Assembly (NCBI GenBank): GCA_004764695.1
Contig: SMSO01000025.1
Location: 5,000,862-5,064,861 of the forward strand
Reading direction: 5' to 3'
From: Schizochytrium sp. TIO01
Taxonomy: Eukaryota; Protista; Bigyra: Labyrinthulomycetes
Length of the DNA: 64,000 nt
The notes beneath the pieces were generated by a model. The model had not been told where the DNA came from. It saw only the letters and a program-made list of their open reading frames with translations, and made no database searches. The position numbers were made by a program, and so were the translations under genes. This document shows, piece by piece, positions 24,751-37,209 of the stretch (its first letter is position 1; every line of letters begins with the position of its first letter).

Positions 24751-25401
24751 GGCGGTGAGTTCAACTCGGCAAGGAAGGCCACCACCCACGCCGCCACTCT
24801 GACTTTGATTTCTCTCTGTTTCTCTCTTCCTCCTCTCTTTTCTCCTTCTCTTATCCACGTCTAAATTCGTATTATTCTCTTGGAAGTCAACAAAAGAAAT
24901 TGTTGATTTGTCCTATAGTCAGATAAACTTATACCTACTGTAAATGTTCCGATGTTCCCACTACGGCATGGTGATTCTGTAGACTTAAAACAGCATAATA
25001 ATAAGCTGTTTTCATAAACCGTTCCATATGTGTTCTGTTCTTGAGGAGCCTCTGCTAGGAATAATAGGTGGTTGAAAACCAGTAGTTGGTGAGTATACGG
25101 TAGTAGGTACCTAATAATATTAGTAGTAGCCTAATATGTACCTGAGCATGGTCTTGTGCTACAGAAGCAATCAATCATAAGGCCAGGCTTGGTTTGGCTG
25201 CTGACCTGCTGAGTTGTATGCCTGGCTCTGCTGCTTGGTTGAGGATTACGTTGTCTCGATCGATCTTAAGTGCAAGTTGATTTCGAATTTGTTATTCAGT
25301 ATCAGCTTTGGCGTTTCGCTGGATTTCATCTCCCGCCTCTTCACTGGCGTCAACATAGCACATTACCCAAACCACACGCCTCGCCCCGTTTAGTTTGCAC
25401 C

Positions 25402-26388
25402 ATGGGTCTCAAAAGCAAGGACCGCCGCGACATTTACTACCGTCGCGCCAAGGAGCTTGGTTTCCGTGCTCGCTCCGCTTTTAAGCTTCTCCAGATTGAC
25501 GATGAGTTCCAGCTACTCCGCGGATGCACTAAAGCCGTCGACCTTTGTGCAGCTCCAGGCAGCTGGAGCCAAGTTCTCTCGCGTAGACTCTGGAAGGATG
25601 ATGAAGATGTAGCCACTGAAACCCGCATAGTTGCTGTAGATCTCCAGGAGATGGCTCCCATCCGTGGAGTGCGCCAGCTGCAGGGTGACATTACATCTCG
25701 GCGCACAGCAGAAGAAATTATTAGCTGTTTTGAGGGACAGCTGTGTGACATCGTGGTGAGCGATGGAGCCCCCGATGTAAGTGGCTTAGCAGATATCGAT
25801 GAGTACCTTCAGGCACAGCTTCTCCTAGCGGCGCTAAACATTGCAACTTTTGTGCTCAGGCCTGGTGGATCCTTTGTGGCCAAGATGTTTAGGGGTCGCG
25901 ACGTTACCCTGTTATATGCGCAGCTGAGACAGTTCTTCCCGCTTGTTACGATTGCCAAGCCTAAAAGTAGCCGCAACTCAAGCATGGAATCCTTTGTGGT
26001 ATGCCAGAACTACACGCCACCCCATGGGTACGTGCCGACGATGATCACCCCCATGCTTGCAGCGGACTACACAAAAGCAGAGGCCGCGGTAACGACAGCA
26101 GAAACCCAAGCGACGACAGCAGCAGCAACGCCATTGGCACCTTCGGTCTCATCTTCAGCAGTAGGGGACAAGGAGAAGAAAAACGAACTGTTAGGCGTTA
26201 ACAAGGTTGTTGTCCCGTTCGTGGCGTGTGGAGACCTCTCTGGATTTGATTCGGATCAGTCGTATGTTCTCAGCAAAACAGCCGCTGAGAATTACCTTGC
26301 TCCTAGACAGCTCCCGATTAATCCGTCTTACAAGGAGGCAATCGAGCGCAAGAGGACTGCGGGTGCAGCCTCTAACAAGTCTATCTAG
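25402..26388 (+). CDS. TRM7: tRNA (C32/N34) 2'-O-methyltransferase Trm7/FTSJ1
   Basis: [57 protein letters not shown] and VPFVACGDL motifs. True ATG is at 25402. Confidence 0.96.
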   Translation: MGLKSKDRRDIYYRRAKELGFRARSAFKLLQIDDEFQLLRGCTKAVDLCAAPGSWSQVLSRRLWKDDEDVATETRIVAVDLQEMAPIRGVRQLQGDITSRRTAEEIISCFEGQLCDIVVSDGAPDVSGLADIDEYLQAQLLLAALNIATFVLRPGGSFVAKMFRGRDVTLLYAQLRQFFPLVTIAKPKSSRNSSMESFVVCQNYTPPHGYVPTMITPMLAADYTKAEAAVTTAETQATTAAATPLAPSVSSSAVGDKEKKNELLGVNKVVVPFVACGDLSGFDSDQSYVLSKTAAENYLAPRQLPINPSYKEAIERKRTAGAASNKSI

Positions 26389-27099
26389 AGGCGATAGCCT
26401 TTTGAATTTTCTCTATTTCTTTCATGAGTAACCTATGATAAATGATAAACTGCTGTTTCTGCACACCTGACTAACTATGTGCTAAATCATATTCAAATCG
26501 TGTTGTTGATGATGCAACAAATGCAAGATCAACTCTAAACGTCTTCAATTGACAGTAAAGGTTGATATAGACTCATCGAATGTCTTATCCCAGACTGCTA
26601 CCAATCTTCAAGTTATTATCTCACATGCGGCATTAATAAGCGCATACTATGAACCCATCAGCCACGACAAGATGACAATGCTCTAAATTATCACAAACAA
26701 ATTGTGCACAGGTTACATTCATACAAGCGAGCTGATATACAACTCAATCACCATCTGCCGTATGACTCACAGGGCGCAATAATCCAAGTGAGATCAAAGG
26801 TACTTGTATATCTACTCGATTCCACAAAACAGTGACTGCTAGCGTCAGAAGGCAATTCAATTGGATATAGCAAGTAACAAGTTGATCAAGAAAATGAAGA
26901 CGCAAGCAAGAGTTCACACGTGATCTACTAAGGCACAGTATTTAATGAGTTTACCAAGGTGGCTGATTGTGCATCTCTCTTTCTTCCTCATTTTCAGAGC
27001 AATGCGATTATCAGGTATGCAATGAAATGATAGGAAATGAGCGTTGCTTGAATATCAGCGAGGATAAGAGTCAAGGAATGTGCGCCAAATCAGCCATGC

Positions 27100-28080
27100 T
27101 CTAATGGGATTAGATGGAATAGATAGACAACAAGTCAAGGTTGCCCGGGAGGGCCGTGGACTAAGTATAAAACAAGCTAGCGGCAAGCGGCATGCTGATA
27201 AGCAAGAGCATTCGTACCACACTAGCCACGACAGAAGATTTCTCAAGATCTGATTCCACTAAGATTGTCGCATTTCAACTTTTCACTTCACTGTATGTGA
27301 GTTAATTTCCAAAGCAAGCTCCTCAGTTAGTATATGAGTGGATTGTAGCCAATAATAACATTTGGAAAAACCACACGGATACGTGTGGTGATGTTGCACA
27401 TGCATGCGGCGGACTCCAGGTTTGCAACAACACAACAAAGACCTCAGGTACTATCTAGCAAATAAAATGTTCTCATCCTCATCAGCGATAAATATAGTTT
27501 TTTGTGCTTCTTTGGAGTAGTCCATTCTTTCTAATCATTGGTCTTATCGTCGGTGTGCAGGGTCATCACCACAAGCTGTTGCTGAGCAAGCAGAACAGCT
27601 CCACCAGCAGCCTTCTTCACATTAATACTTACCTCACACCAACCACGCCCAGATATACAAGCTAGCTGCATCAGCCTCGACACAGACAACACATCTTGTG
27701 CAAGATGCACTTCATTAAGGATTTGCTGTTGCACGCCGTTGGCCTCTGCTGCATTGCTCTCCTCAATAAGGTCCTTCCCCAGAGCCATCCAATCTAGGGC
27801 AAAAACCCCTCGTTGCAATAATTGTAGCACCTATCCATAGCATATATCGTTCCAAGATTAACTGCGTTCCGTTCTAGCTACATGAGTGCTCCATTTTACT
27901 ACTTAAAGTAGCATTAATTAGTTAGTTACTTTCAAATAAGAACGTGGATTCATATCTTGAGACATGAGAACACTTGAAGCCAAAGTTTATCAAGATGTTC
28001 TAAGCATTCTTAAAGCCCCTTGGCTTCATCGTCATAGTCGACCTTCAGCTGTCCATATTCATCTTTCAGCACTTTCCATC
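27100..28080 (-). pseudogene. Probable decayed gene of unknown family
   Basis: Protein-like frames broken by isolated stops (WKVLKDEYGQLKVDYDDEAKGL*ECLEHL; DYSKEAQKTIFIADEDENILFAR*YL). An open segment at 27830-27632 is bounded by AG and GTAAGT. Confidence 0.35.
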
Positions 28081-28232
28081 AGCAGGAGCAGAATTAGCCA
28101 TGCTGGATATGATTGGGAACAAACACAAATGTGCCTCAATACAAATACGAAGAAATACGCTCCAATTGAAACAAATAGAAACAAAAAAAAGACTTAGTAG
28201 TGTAGTTTAGCTATTGAAATGTTGAAAAACAT

Positions 28233-28275
28233 TTTGTTTGTTTGTTTGTTTGTTTGTTTGTTTGTTTGTTTGTTT
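28233..28275. repeat. (TTTG)n microsatellite
   Basis: Direct inspection. Confidence 0.9.
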
Positions 28276-29250
28276 TCAACTTGATTTTGATCTTTTTTTT
28301 AATGAAAAAGAAAAAATGAAAAAGAAAAATGAAAAAGAAAAATGAAAGAATTGAAAAAGAAGGTTATTTTTAGCACTCGCCGACCTGTCTATTGTTAACT
28401 ATTTTCCACACCTGCTTTTAGTGCGTATAAAACATAACACGTGTATACACAATTTATTATCATATAATAATTGTTTTTGTCTGGTTATATGGACATGAGC
28501 CTTGCTATTGTTGTAAGAACTTGCAAGTTCTTTTGGACTTCAAGCTCGTTCTCTGGAGGCTGGCATATCCGAGGCTCGAGGCTCAGCTAAACAGCTGTCT
28601 GCTCCACACCCATCAAGCAAATACACCTGGCGCTCTTTCGACTCACGACGCTGCGTGGATCTACACATAATTCCACACTGATATTCGCGCATACTTTGGA
28701 GTTCTGGCAACGAGCAGTCTTAATGATACTGCTATTGCTAACCATAGCAGTCGAGGCGCAGAACCTGGAGTGCTCGAACCTGGAAAATAACCAAACCCCC
28801 ATGCACGAACGTGAAAAGATTGAGTTACAAGAGGCTCTGTGTCATTGTGGCGTACCTACTGCACATTTTGAAGCGACACAACTCCGTTTGGCTGGTGCGC
28901 TTGATCCACTCTATAACGTGCGCCAGGATCTACACGCCCAGAAATAGTGATATCCGCACTTAGTTGTGAGAGTAGTAGTAGAGGAGTCTCAGAGGCAGTT
29001 CATCTTCAAGTCGTTGAGGCTCAGCAGAACATAGGGCAGAAGTTGAAGAAACAAACCCATAACTCAGCCGAAGACCAAACTGAAGAAGAAGACACGACGA
29101 AGCTGGCTGGGAGGCAGCTGTGCATTTGTTCAGGACTAGAGTTGAGCGGATATTCATCTGTTCGTAGATCGAGATAGGTTTCGTGAATCTAACACCGACG
29201 TCGATACAGATTTATAGAGTAGGCGCATATCTCGAGTTGACTTTGTGAAG

Positions 29251-30171
29251 ATGAGCGTAGCTAGTGAAGGCCACCAGACGCATGCGAGTCACCCGGAACA
29301 TGAAAAGCTTTCTGCTTTGCAGGAACGTGCCATGAGCTTTGGCAAGAAGCAACTTCGGAATGCACCATCCAACATTGGAGATCTTTCGGTAGGTCTGTGG
29401 TGCGCTGCTCAAGGCGTTTGGGGAGCTGTTCATGTACCTAAGGTTCGTGCTGCAGCTTGGAAGTTGGTTCGTGTAATGCTGAAGAAAATGGCGTGGATGT
29501 ACAGTTTGATTCTCGGTCCGGCGGTCTTCTTTTGGCCTGTCACTTTGCCTTTCACGATTGCCTTTCCTAGTCTTGTGTACTCGCTGTTGACTGCCATTCC
29601 ATTGTGGGCCTTTCATGATGCGCAGCGTCAAAGCAGGGCAGAAATGAACGGTCTCTTTATGGCTGAGCTGAATCGGATTAACCCTACCTTTGCGCAGAAG
29701 GTTCAATCTGCCTACGACTCGAAGGGTTTCGTTAAGGTACCCTCCTTTTATCAGCAACTTCGCAAGGATGCTCACTTTGCCAAAATGACCTTGGTTTATA
29801 ATGCAATCGGACTTGTTTCCATTTTCTCGCCGATCTCGGTAACTTTGCAAACTAGCCTTGCTAGTGAGAAGCTCTCCTGGAGTCTTTTACAACCTTTCAT
29901 GCGAGATTACAAACGCATGCCTTACGAGGATCAAAGGGATCTAATTCAACGCCGATGGTGGACAATGATTGGTTTTGCTGCTCCGTTTGTGCTCCTTGGC
30001 TTTTTGCCGTTCGTTAGTGCCTTTACTCTGCCTCTTGCCCAGGCCGGCGCAGCCCATGTCGCCTTGCGCATTGAGCACCTTCACGACGCTGATTCTGATC
30101 GTACTCACTCATCAGATGCTTATGAGCACCCCGAAGAGCAGGATGATGATGACGTGAAGAAAGCGCAATAG
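29251..30171 (+). CDS. EI24/CysZ-like multi-pass membrane protein
   Basis: 306-aa ORF from the ATG at 29251 with several TM segments. C-terminal W..MIGFAAPF.LL..LPFV..F.LP.AQAGAA pattern is typical of the EI24 family (from recall). Confidence 0.7.
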   Translation: MSVASEGHQTHASHPEHEKLSALQERAMSFGKKQLRNAPSNIGDLSVGLWCAAQGVWGAVHVPKVRAAAWKLVRVMLKKMAWMYSLILGPAVFFWPVTLPFTIAFPSLVYSLLTAIPLWAFHDAQRQSRAEMNGLFMAELNRINPTFAQKVQSAYDSKGFVKVPSFYQQLRKDAHFAKMTLVYNAIGLVSIFSPISVTLQTSLASEKLSWSLLQPFMRDYKRMPYEDQRDLIQRRWWTMIGFAAPFVLLGFLPFVSAFTLPLAQAGAAHVALRIEHLHDADSDRTHSSDAYEHPEEQDDDDVKKAQ

Positions 30172-31004
30172 ATGTAATATATAAAGTATATTGTTTTATC
30201 TATGTCACTTGGTGACGATTGTGAAAGTCCATTTACAGTAGATGGGACCAAGATTTGCCACTTTTTCGCAACTACAGATCTACTCCTTTATCTAGATTTC
30301 TCTGTTTTCAATCTTGTTGTTAATCCAGCGAGCAGCTTTAAATGAGCATGCAAAGCTTATCGAGGACCTCTACCTTATGATGAAATAGAGTAGATATATA
30401 AACTATAATACAACAATCTTTAGTCAATGATTCTCTACGAAGCTTAGCAATTGAGATTGAAAGTAAGGAAGACATGCATCTTTTCTAGGATCAGAACCTC
30501 CTACCGGCAAACGGTAGACATTCTTCGAGGGGGCATGCAAATCATACAACTGATAAACTTAGTTATCTTTGAGCATGGGAAATGGAATGGTGGAAAGAAA
30601 GTCGAGGATTGTTTTCCGTTTCATACAACACAGATCGCTCCGGTTCGAGTGTGCGTCATCGGTAGTAGCAAGTATTCAAAGGGATGTTGCTTGATTGTTT
30701 GCAGTCTGTTAGAAAGTGTGTGACATTGGCGTGGAGGCAATTATGCATCAACAGAAGGTTAGTGCACCGGCCTGCAACACCTACAAATTGTAAATGCAAT
30801 CTGCACGTGGAGCAGGGAGACAGGCGTTGATTATCTTGACACGCAGTTTTCGAGAACAAACCGGATAGCATGACGCGTCTTCATTTCTGAACCTTGGATA
30901 GTACGATGGAAATAAATGTGAAATCTACCCGAGACACCAGTCTTACAGGGAACGTTAAATCTGTAGGTCTTTGTGTATTGAGTGCACGCTATTATGGATT
31001 AAAT

Positions 31005-32240
31005 TTAACCGAGGCGGTGCTCTTCTTCCAGCATACGATCAATGTCGGCGATTAATTCAGTAGCGGATTTGCGCAGCATTGGCTCGGGGTGCATCATATT
31101 GAGCAAAAGATCTACCGTACTGCTGTTCGCCAAACCCAGTTCTTCACAAGTTGAGTACATTGATGTACCAAGAGGCAGGGAAGCCTCTTCCTTGATGTTT
31201 TCTTGTACATGACGATCAAAAACACTGGGCCTGGCGTCGAAACTCACGTCGAAAGGTCTTCGTCCAGCGATGAGCATAAAGAGTGCCACACCAAGACTCC
31301 AGAGGTCAGAACGGGAACTGAAGCGACCGTGCAAGACCTCGGGTGATACATATGAAGCAGTGCCGCCAAGGCTCGTTTCACCTGTAAAGTACTCATCCAT
31401 GTCCTTGTCGTATTGCGCACTAGAGCTAGCATACGGGCGAAGGCGGAAAGGTTGGGCTGCACCAAAGTCAATGAGCACAAGGTTGCCACGAACACGTTGA
31501 ATGTCTGCGAGGATCTCCTCGTAAGGAATACGAAACACAAAATTCTCTGGTTTGATGTCAAGATGTGCAAATTCAGCCTTGTGACACGCTTCAAGAGCTA
31601 CAAGCATTTCCCGAGTGATCTCTAGAACGGATTCTTCGTTCAATGTGCCAAGGTACATGTTGTGGTCAGCGACAAAGTTGAAGAGCTCCCCACCCTTGCA
31701 AAGCTCAGTGATAATGAGAACATCCTCGGGGCTCTCGTAGACCTTGACCGGGCTGAGAATTGCAGGATGAGAGACACGGGAAGAGAGCAGCACCTCGCGT
31801 TTGTAGTGTTCCTGGCGAGACTTCTTGATGGTCTTGAGCGCGTACTCTTTGCCATCAGCCCTTGACACGACGCGGCGAACAATTCCATAGGTGCCCTCGC
31901 CGATGATATCCTCCAAGTTGTACCACTTTGTCAAATTCCAACTTGCTTGGACTTGTACAACATCACGGTTCCAGTCAAAGCGTTCATGCCATATCTCTGC
32001 GTGCTCACTTGTAGCAATTGCAGCTGCACGTCGGCGCCGAAACGGGGCTAACCGGAGTGCACGACTGCGGTGACGGTTGTGGTAGTCCACATGCATGTTA
32101 CGCACAAGCGCTTGTTGCGGTTCTTTCATACCGCTGCAGCGCACTGGTGCGCCCATGGCACCTCCCAAGCGAGTTGTCGATCCGGGCAAAAGGCGCTGGT
32201 GCGCCAAGGTGGGACCCATGAATCTTGCGAGGCCGGCCAT
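31005..32240 (-). CDS. CAMK/CDPK-like Ser/Thr protein kinase, non-RD, no EF hands
   Basis: GEGTYG, ALK, ELCKGGELF, HLDIKPEN, DFG, GTASYVSPE and DLWSLGV motifs. Confidence 0.93.
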   Translation of the reverse strand: MAGLARFMGPTLAHQRLLPGSTTRLGGAMGAPVRCSGMKEPQQALVRNMHVDYHNRHRSRALRLAPFRRRRAAAIATSEHAEIWHERFDWNRDVVQVQASWNLTKWYNLEDIIGEGTYGIVRRVVSRADGKEYALKTIKKSRQEHYKREVLLSSRVSHPAILSPVKVYESPEDVLIITELCKGGELFNFVADHNMYLGTLNEESVLEITREMLVALEACHKAEFAHLDIKPENFVFRIPYEEILADIQRVRGNLVLIDFGAAQPFRLRPYASSSAQYDKDMDEYFTGETSLGGTASYVSPEVLHGRFSSRSDLWSLGVALFMLIAGRRPFDVSFDARPSVFDRHVQENIKEEASLPLGTSMYSTCEELGLANSSTVDLLLNMMHPEPMLRKSATELIADIDRMLEEEHRLG

Positions 32241-32944
32241 GGTTTGAGAAGGATATCAAACAAGAGAATACTTACACTTCAAAAGTAAGTAGTATCGCAG
32301 GCAAAACACTCTTGCTCAGAAGATCTCAAGGGCTGGTTTCTAGGAGCTTGTCTGGAGTTGATGTCCAAAGCCAATGCAAAGCAGGAAATATCCGTCGTGC
32401 GAGAGAGGCGTGTTCGTATTAGAGTTACACACCACAGCGCTTGTTCTTCTGCAAGACAAGTCAAAGGTATTGATAGGTACGGAACTCTGAAGTCTGATTG
32501 CCGATACACGTGATTTCGATTGCAGGCCGTTTCAAAGATAAATTACACCGCGGTGCTCTGTGCTGCGCGTTTGCGCTGCGTCCTCGCAGGTATTTCGCAA
32601 GCCTTGATTGAGGAAGGGCTTTCCTTTCTGCTCGCTGTCTCGAGACCTTACTCACTAATGAACGAACTCGCTAGTTGGCTCGGCCAGACTTGAGTCAACT
32701 TTGCTCGCTTGCTCGCTCGCTCTCCAAGACGGAGTCAGCAAGAGCAGCTGCCCAGGCGCCACCCGGCGTGCAGGCGGGTGCGGATGGGTGGATGAGGGAT
32801 GGAGGAATGAATGTATGTATGTACGTATGTATGCAAAAGAAGAGACCAAGTCTTGCGGAGCATGCGAAGAGAAAGAGAAGTCAATAGTACTTAGGAAGTA
32901 TTGGTAACCTATCCAGGGAGAACGTAATGTAATGCAATGTAGGC

Positions 32945-33066
32945 AAACAAAACAAATCAAAACAAAATAAAACAAAATAAAACAAAACAAAACAAAACAA
33001 AACAAAACAAAACAAAACAAAACAAAACAAAACAAAACAAACAAAACAGAACAAAACAGAACAAAA
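32945..33066. repeat. (AAAAC)n microsatellite
   Basis: Imperfect pentamer array. Confidence 0.9.
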
Positions 33067-33477
33067 AATATTCCTAAAGTTACCAAAAACTGGCGATGAT
33101 GATAGTTTTCGCGCTCATAGGGAAAAAGCAGCACAAGAAGCAAACAGCAAACCAATACCAGGCAGAAACCAGAGATCGCTGGCTGCCAATCGGCCTCTCT
33201 CGCTTCAATCGATGCTCTCTGAGCAGAGTCGCGAATGGACACTCACTCAAGTGAGTGAGGTCCAAGCCCATCTCAGCTGAGAGAAGAACCGCCACGCACC
33301 GCTTCTTGAAAGTTCCGCTGTTACCTACTAACCCTACAGGCTAAAGCTTAGTACTTCAGGAAAATGCTCTTAATCGGCACTTTTTTGTTAATCTCTCTAG
33401 AGAGAGAGTGAAATTTACAGGGCCCATGCAGAACAAAGGCAGCAGTAGGCGTGCAATAGGACCTGCTAGGAGTTAGC

Positions 33478-33585
<108 letters not shown>

Positions 33586-33725
33586 GAAAAGAAAAGTATG
33601 GAGGAAAAGCACCTTTTCGTTACCCAGGTGCACTACGTACCAAGTTTCCTACAGTAGACATTAGCACCCTGGTAGAACCTCCATTTTTAAAAATGTTCTT
33701 ACCTCTTTCGCTTTCCCGCCAATAT

Positions 33726-33810
33726 TGTATGTATGTATGTATGTATGTATGTATGTATGTATGTATGTATGTATGTATGTATGTATGTATGTATGAATGT
33801 ATGTATGTAT
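33726..33810. repeat. (GTAT)n microsatellite
   Basis: Near-perfect array. Confidence 0.95.
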
Positions 33811-34845
33811 GCATGCATGCATGAATGATATCCATCGTCATCAGCCATGGCCATAGACGCTTCGCTATCCTACGCGACTCACTCCGTGGAGCCCGAGTGC
33901 AGCCAGTTGGCCTGCGAGGCTCACAACTACAAGCTTCGCTGGCAGCTGGGTGCTGCTCACTACTTCGGATCCGTGCTTCTTATTGGAGAAGATGTGGATG
34001 TGCTGGGCTATCTATCTATCATTGATCCATTTGCCGATTCTTGGAAATTACTCCAACTTGCAGTGAGCGGGTTCTAACTTGGAAAACCCTGACTAACCTC
34101 AACTCGCACAACCTGCCTCCCAGCGAGTCTTCAGACTTGCCGGAGAATGCTCAAGTGCTGAATGCTCAATCGAATGCTTGTCAGCCACGCACCCAACACA
34201 GCGCCACGCCACGCCACGCGGTTCTCGCCGATGCCCTTCGATAGATACCGCTTGCTTTGCCACCTCTTGCTGCCATCCTCATATCGCACTACGAAGCAAA
34301 GCGCACATTCATCCATCACCCCAACGCAACTCAACACCAATTGATCCAAACAAACAAACAAAACAAACAAACAAACAAACAAACAAGCAATACACCAAAG
34401 AAGCTACATTACAACCCACCAAAACCCTCGCGGGCTGCATCTCCTGTCGCTCCCGAGTTTGTTTCCTGATTCAAGGCATCGCAGCAGTCAATCTCAGTTC
34501 GACGCATACGCTGTGGACCTCTCGAGCTCCAATCACTGCATCCATATAATGTAACATATACGTGTATATATCTGTGTCCATGAAAGCAATCACTGCAAAT
34601 CTCGCCTTTCTAAGGCAATCAATCAGTCACAGCTATATAATGGCTAGCTAGCTAGCTGCTAGTACCCGTGTGGATTTAGTCAGTATTATTTTCCTTACTT
34701 TTATTTTATTTATTTTATTTATTTACTTTAAAATAAAAGTAAAATGAAAACAAAACGAGTAAAAGCAGAGAAAGAAAGCCTTTCGAAGATATTCAGGAAA
34801 TCGCGAGAACTGAGCTTTCTTTCTTTCTTTTTCTCTCTCTTTCTT

Positions 34846-34847
34846 TT

Positions 34848-34893
<46 letters not shown>
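34846..34893. repeat. (TTTC)n microsatellite
   Basis: Direct inspection. Confidence 0.9.
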
Positions 34894-34894
<1 letters not shown>

Positions 34895-35071
34895 CTGGTG
34901 GAGGGCGACGCCCCATCCGGATCCCAGAGCCTCCAGGCCTCCAGGCCCGCCGCCAAGCGTGCTGCTGTCCCTGGAAGCCCTCCTGAGCCTCTCCTGCCGC
35001 CGCTGCTCGCGCCCCGCGTTGTTGCCGAGTGAGCCAGCGAGCGCCTGAGTTCGAGGCGCTTTCGAAGTTTG

Positions 35072-35266
35072 TTCATTCATTCATTCATTCATTCATTCAT
35101 TCATTCATTCATTCATTCATTCGTTCATTCTTCATTCAATCATTCATTCATTCATTCAATTATTCATTCATTCATTCATTCATTCATTCATTCATTCATT
35201 CATTCATTCGTTCATTCTTCATTCAATCATTCATTCATTCATTCATTCAATTATTCATTCATTCAT
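35072..35266. repeat. (TTCA)n compound microsatellite with ~87-nt higher-order duplication
   Basis: The same series of variant units occurs twice. Confidence 0.9.
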
Positions 35267-37209
35267 TTTTATTCATTCGTTCTTTCGTTCTTCCATTCGT
35301 TCTTTCATTCGTGCTTTCTTCCTATCGTTCTTCCTATCGTTCTTCTTTCTTCCTACCGTTCTTTCGTTCTTCCTTTCAAGTTCGTTCGTGCTTTCATTCT
35401 TCTTTTAAGTTTGAGGTTTTCTCCACTGCCCAAAGATCACCGCAACGCAGAAAGAAGCCCCATTTATTTGCGAGACCCTGAAGAGGATAGATACCCTGTC
35501 ATCGTCTGCGCACTCGCTTACATGCGTACTCGCTGCTCAGGTGCTTCTGAAAATGATGATGAGAATGAGATGAAAATCACTCGAGTTTGGAAAGAACGCG
35601 CAACGGAAAAAGAACGCGCGGCCCCTACAGAAAAAAGCCCACCACCGCACCGCCGAGTGTGTTTTTCTCCTAGCGCGGCAACGGCGCCGTGCAGCGCCCC
35701 CAAACCTGCACCAAAAGTCGCGCCGGGTCACGGGCTTTCCAACGGCGCCCTGATCGCGGCTGAAGACCGCCTGCAGCGAAATTCATACAGCCGCAAAGAC
35801 GCGGGTCTTGGCGACGCCGGCACCTGAGCAGCGGCAGGTAGGAGTTACATAACGGAAAGCTAGGACCGGGAGGCGCTGCCACGGCGTGAACGGACTTTCC
35901 TTCGAGGACTAAAACCGATCGAGCTGCGCCCGAAACCCGCGCCAGCGCCAAGCAGCTGGGACGTGGCTGGAGCCTGCGCAGCGCAGCGCGTGGCCTGCGG
36001 GCCGCGAGCCTTGCCACGGCAGCGGCCAGCTTGGCGGCCGAGATGCGCGATGCAGAGACGAGGCTTCCTCCCCTCTTGCCACAGATAAATCTTTGCATTA
36101 GGGAATTAATGAACGAAAGAACGAACAAATGAGAAAGAACGCCGAAAAGGAAGAACGACTGGCGTTCTTTTCGTTCTTCTTCCCCAAAGAAGAACGCCGC
36201 GTCGCGGCTGCCGTCGGGGCGCCCGGAGCGAGGCCGCGCGTTTGGGTGTGTCGTGCGCGAACCAGGCCGCCAGAAAATGCGAAACATGGAGGAGGGGATG
36301 CCGGGAAGCACACGGTAGTGGCACCCAGGTTTCGGCCATAAGGCTCCAGGAATGGCAGCGAAATCCGACGTATGGGGCCCCCGTGGACCCCGGCGACGCC
36401 CGGCCAAGGTTTGTGGGAGACTTTAGCACTGCTATGGATAGAGGTAGACAGGCCCTACTGGTCAGGCGAAGGTGGAAGCAGGGCTTACAGAGGTGCATAT
36501 GAAAGAGAGATGGAGACGATGAAGAGAACGAAGTGGACTTCGAGGGGCTGCAATGAATTGGAGAATGAATCAAGCGAGCAAGGTCGCTACGAGCAAGGTC
36601 GCTACGAGCAGGCGAAACATATTGTACTTATGGCTGGAGATTTTCACGGTATAAATGACGAAGGGAAAGGGGGGCGTTGGTTACGATTCGGCTGCATCAT
36701 AATGCGCAAAACAGAGCTTACGTTTGTTTTTGCTTCGCAGAAACAGTATTCATGAAGGATTAATCGTTTTATTAATTCGCCAGGCGGGTAAATCGGCGCG
36801 CGGAAGGAATTCGCTTTAACATTTCGTTAATTGATGAAGTTTTTCTTTATTTTGTAAAGGCGGCATAAACAAGGGGAGGCAATTGTGTTCCTCCGTCATT
36901 CCTGTAAGACAGACCGTGGCTTGGGAAATAGGCACAGGATACAATAATACACACAAAGCTGAGAACATCATTGTAAGTACAAACCTGAAGTTAAATCTTG
37001 AAAAGAAAACTTGCAAGAGGTTCACACACCGTACTCTTGGATTTTGCTATGCCCTTAACCTTTTCTCTTATTTATTGGTGGTGGTGTTCAGAAGCGACGA
37101 TGTTATCTTCTTCTTTATTTCGAATAAGGAAATAATTGAAAAAGTTTTATCAAAACATAGAAATTGAATTTTTTTTCTTAACATAACTGTACATCGATTG
37201 ACTTATCAC

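Noticed and set aside
32655-33242. 195-aa hydrophobic ORF upstream of the kinase
   Set aside because: Its hydrophobicity comes from the translated (TTTTG)n repeat.
36575-36610. 15-nt tandem repeat (CGAGCAAGGTCGCTA x2.4)
   Set aside because: Simple local duplication with no spacers; not CRISPR-like.
35029-36755. Long ORFs (150-252 aa) and possible hairpins in the GC-rich/microsatellite region
   Set aside because: The ORFs arise from stop-poor repeats and high GC; the pairings are what high GC gives by chance.
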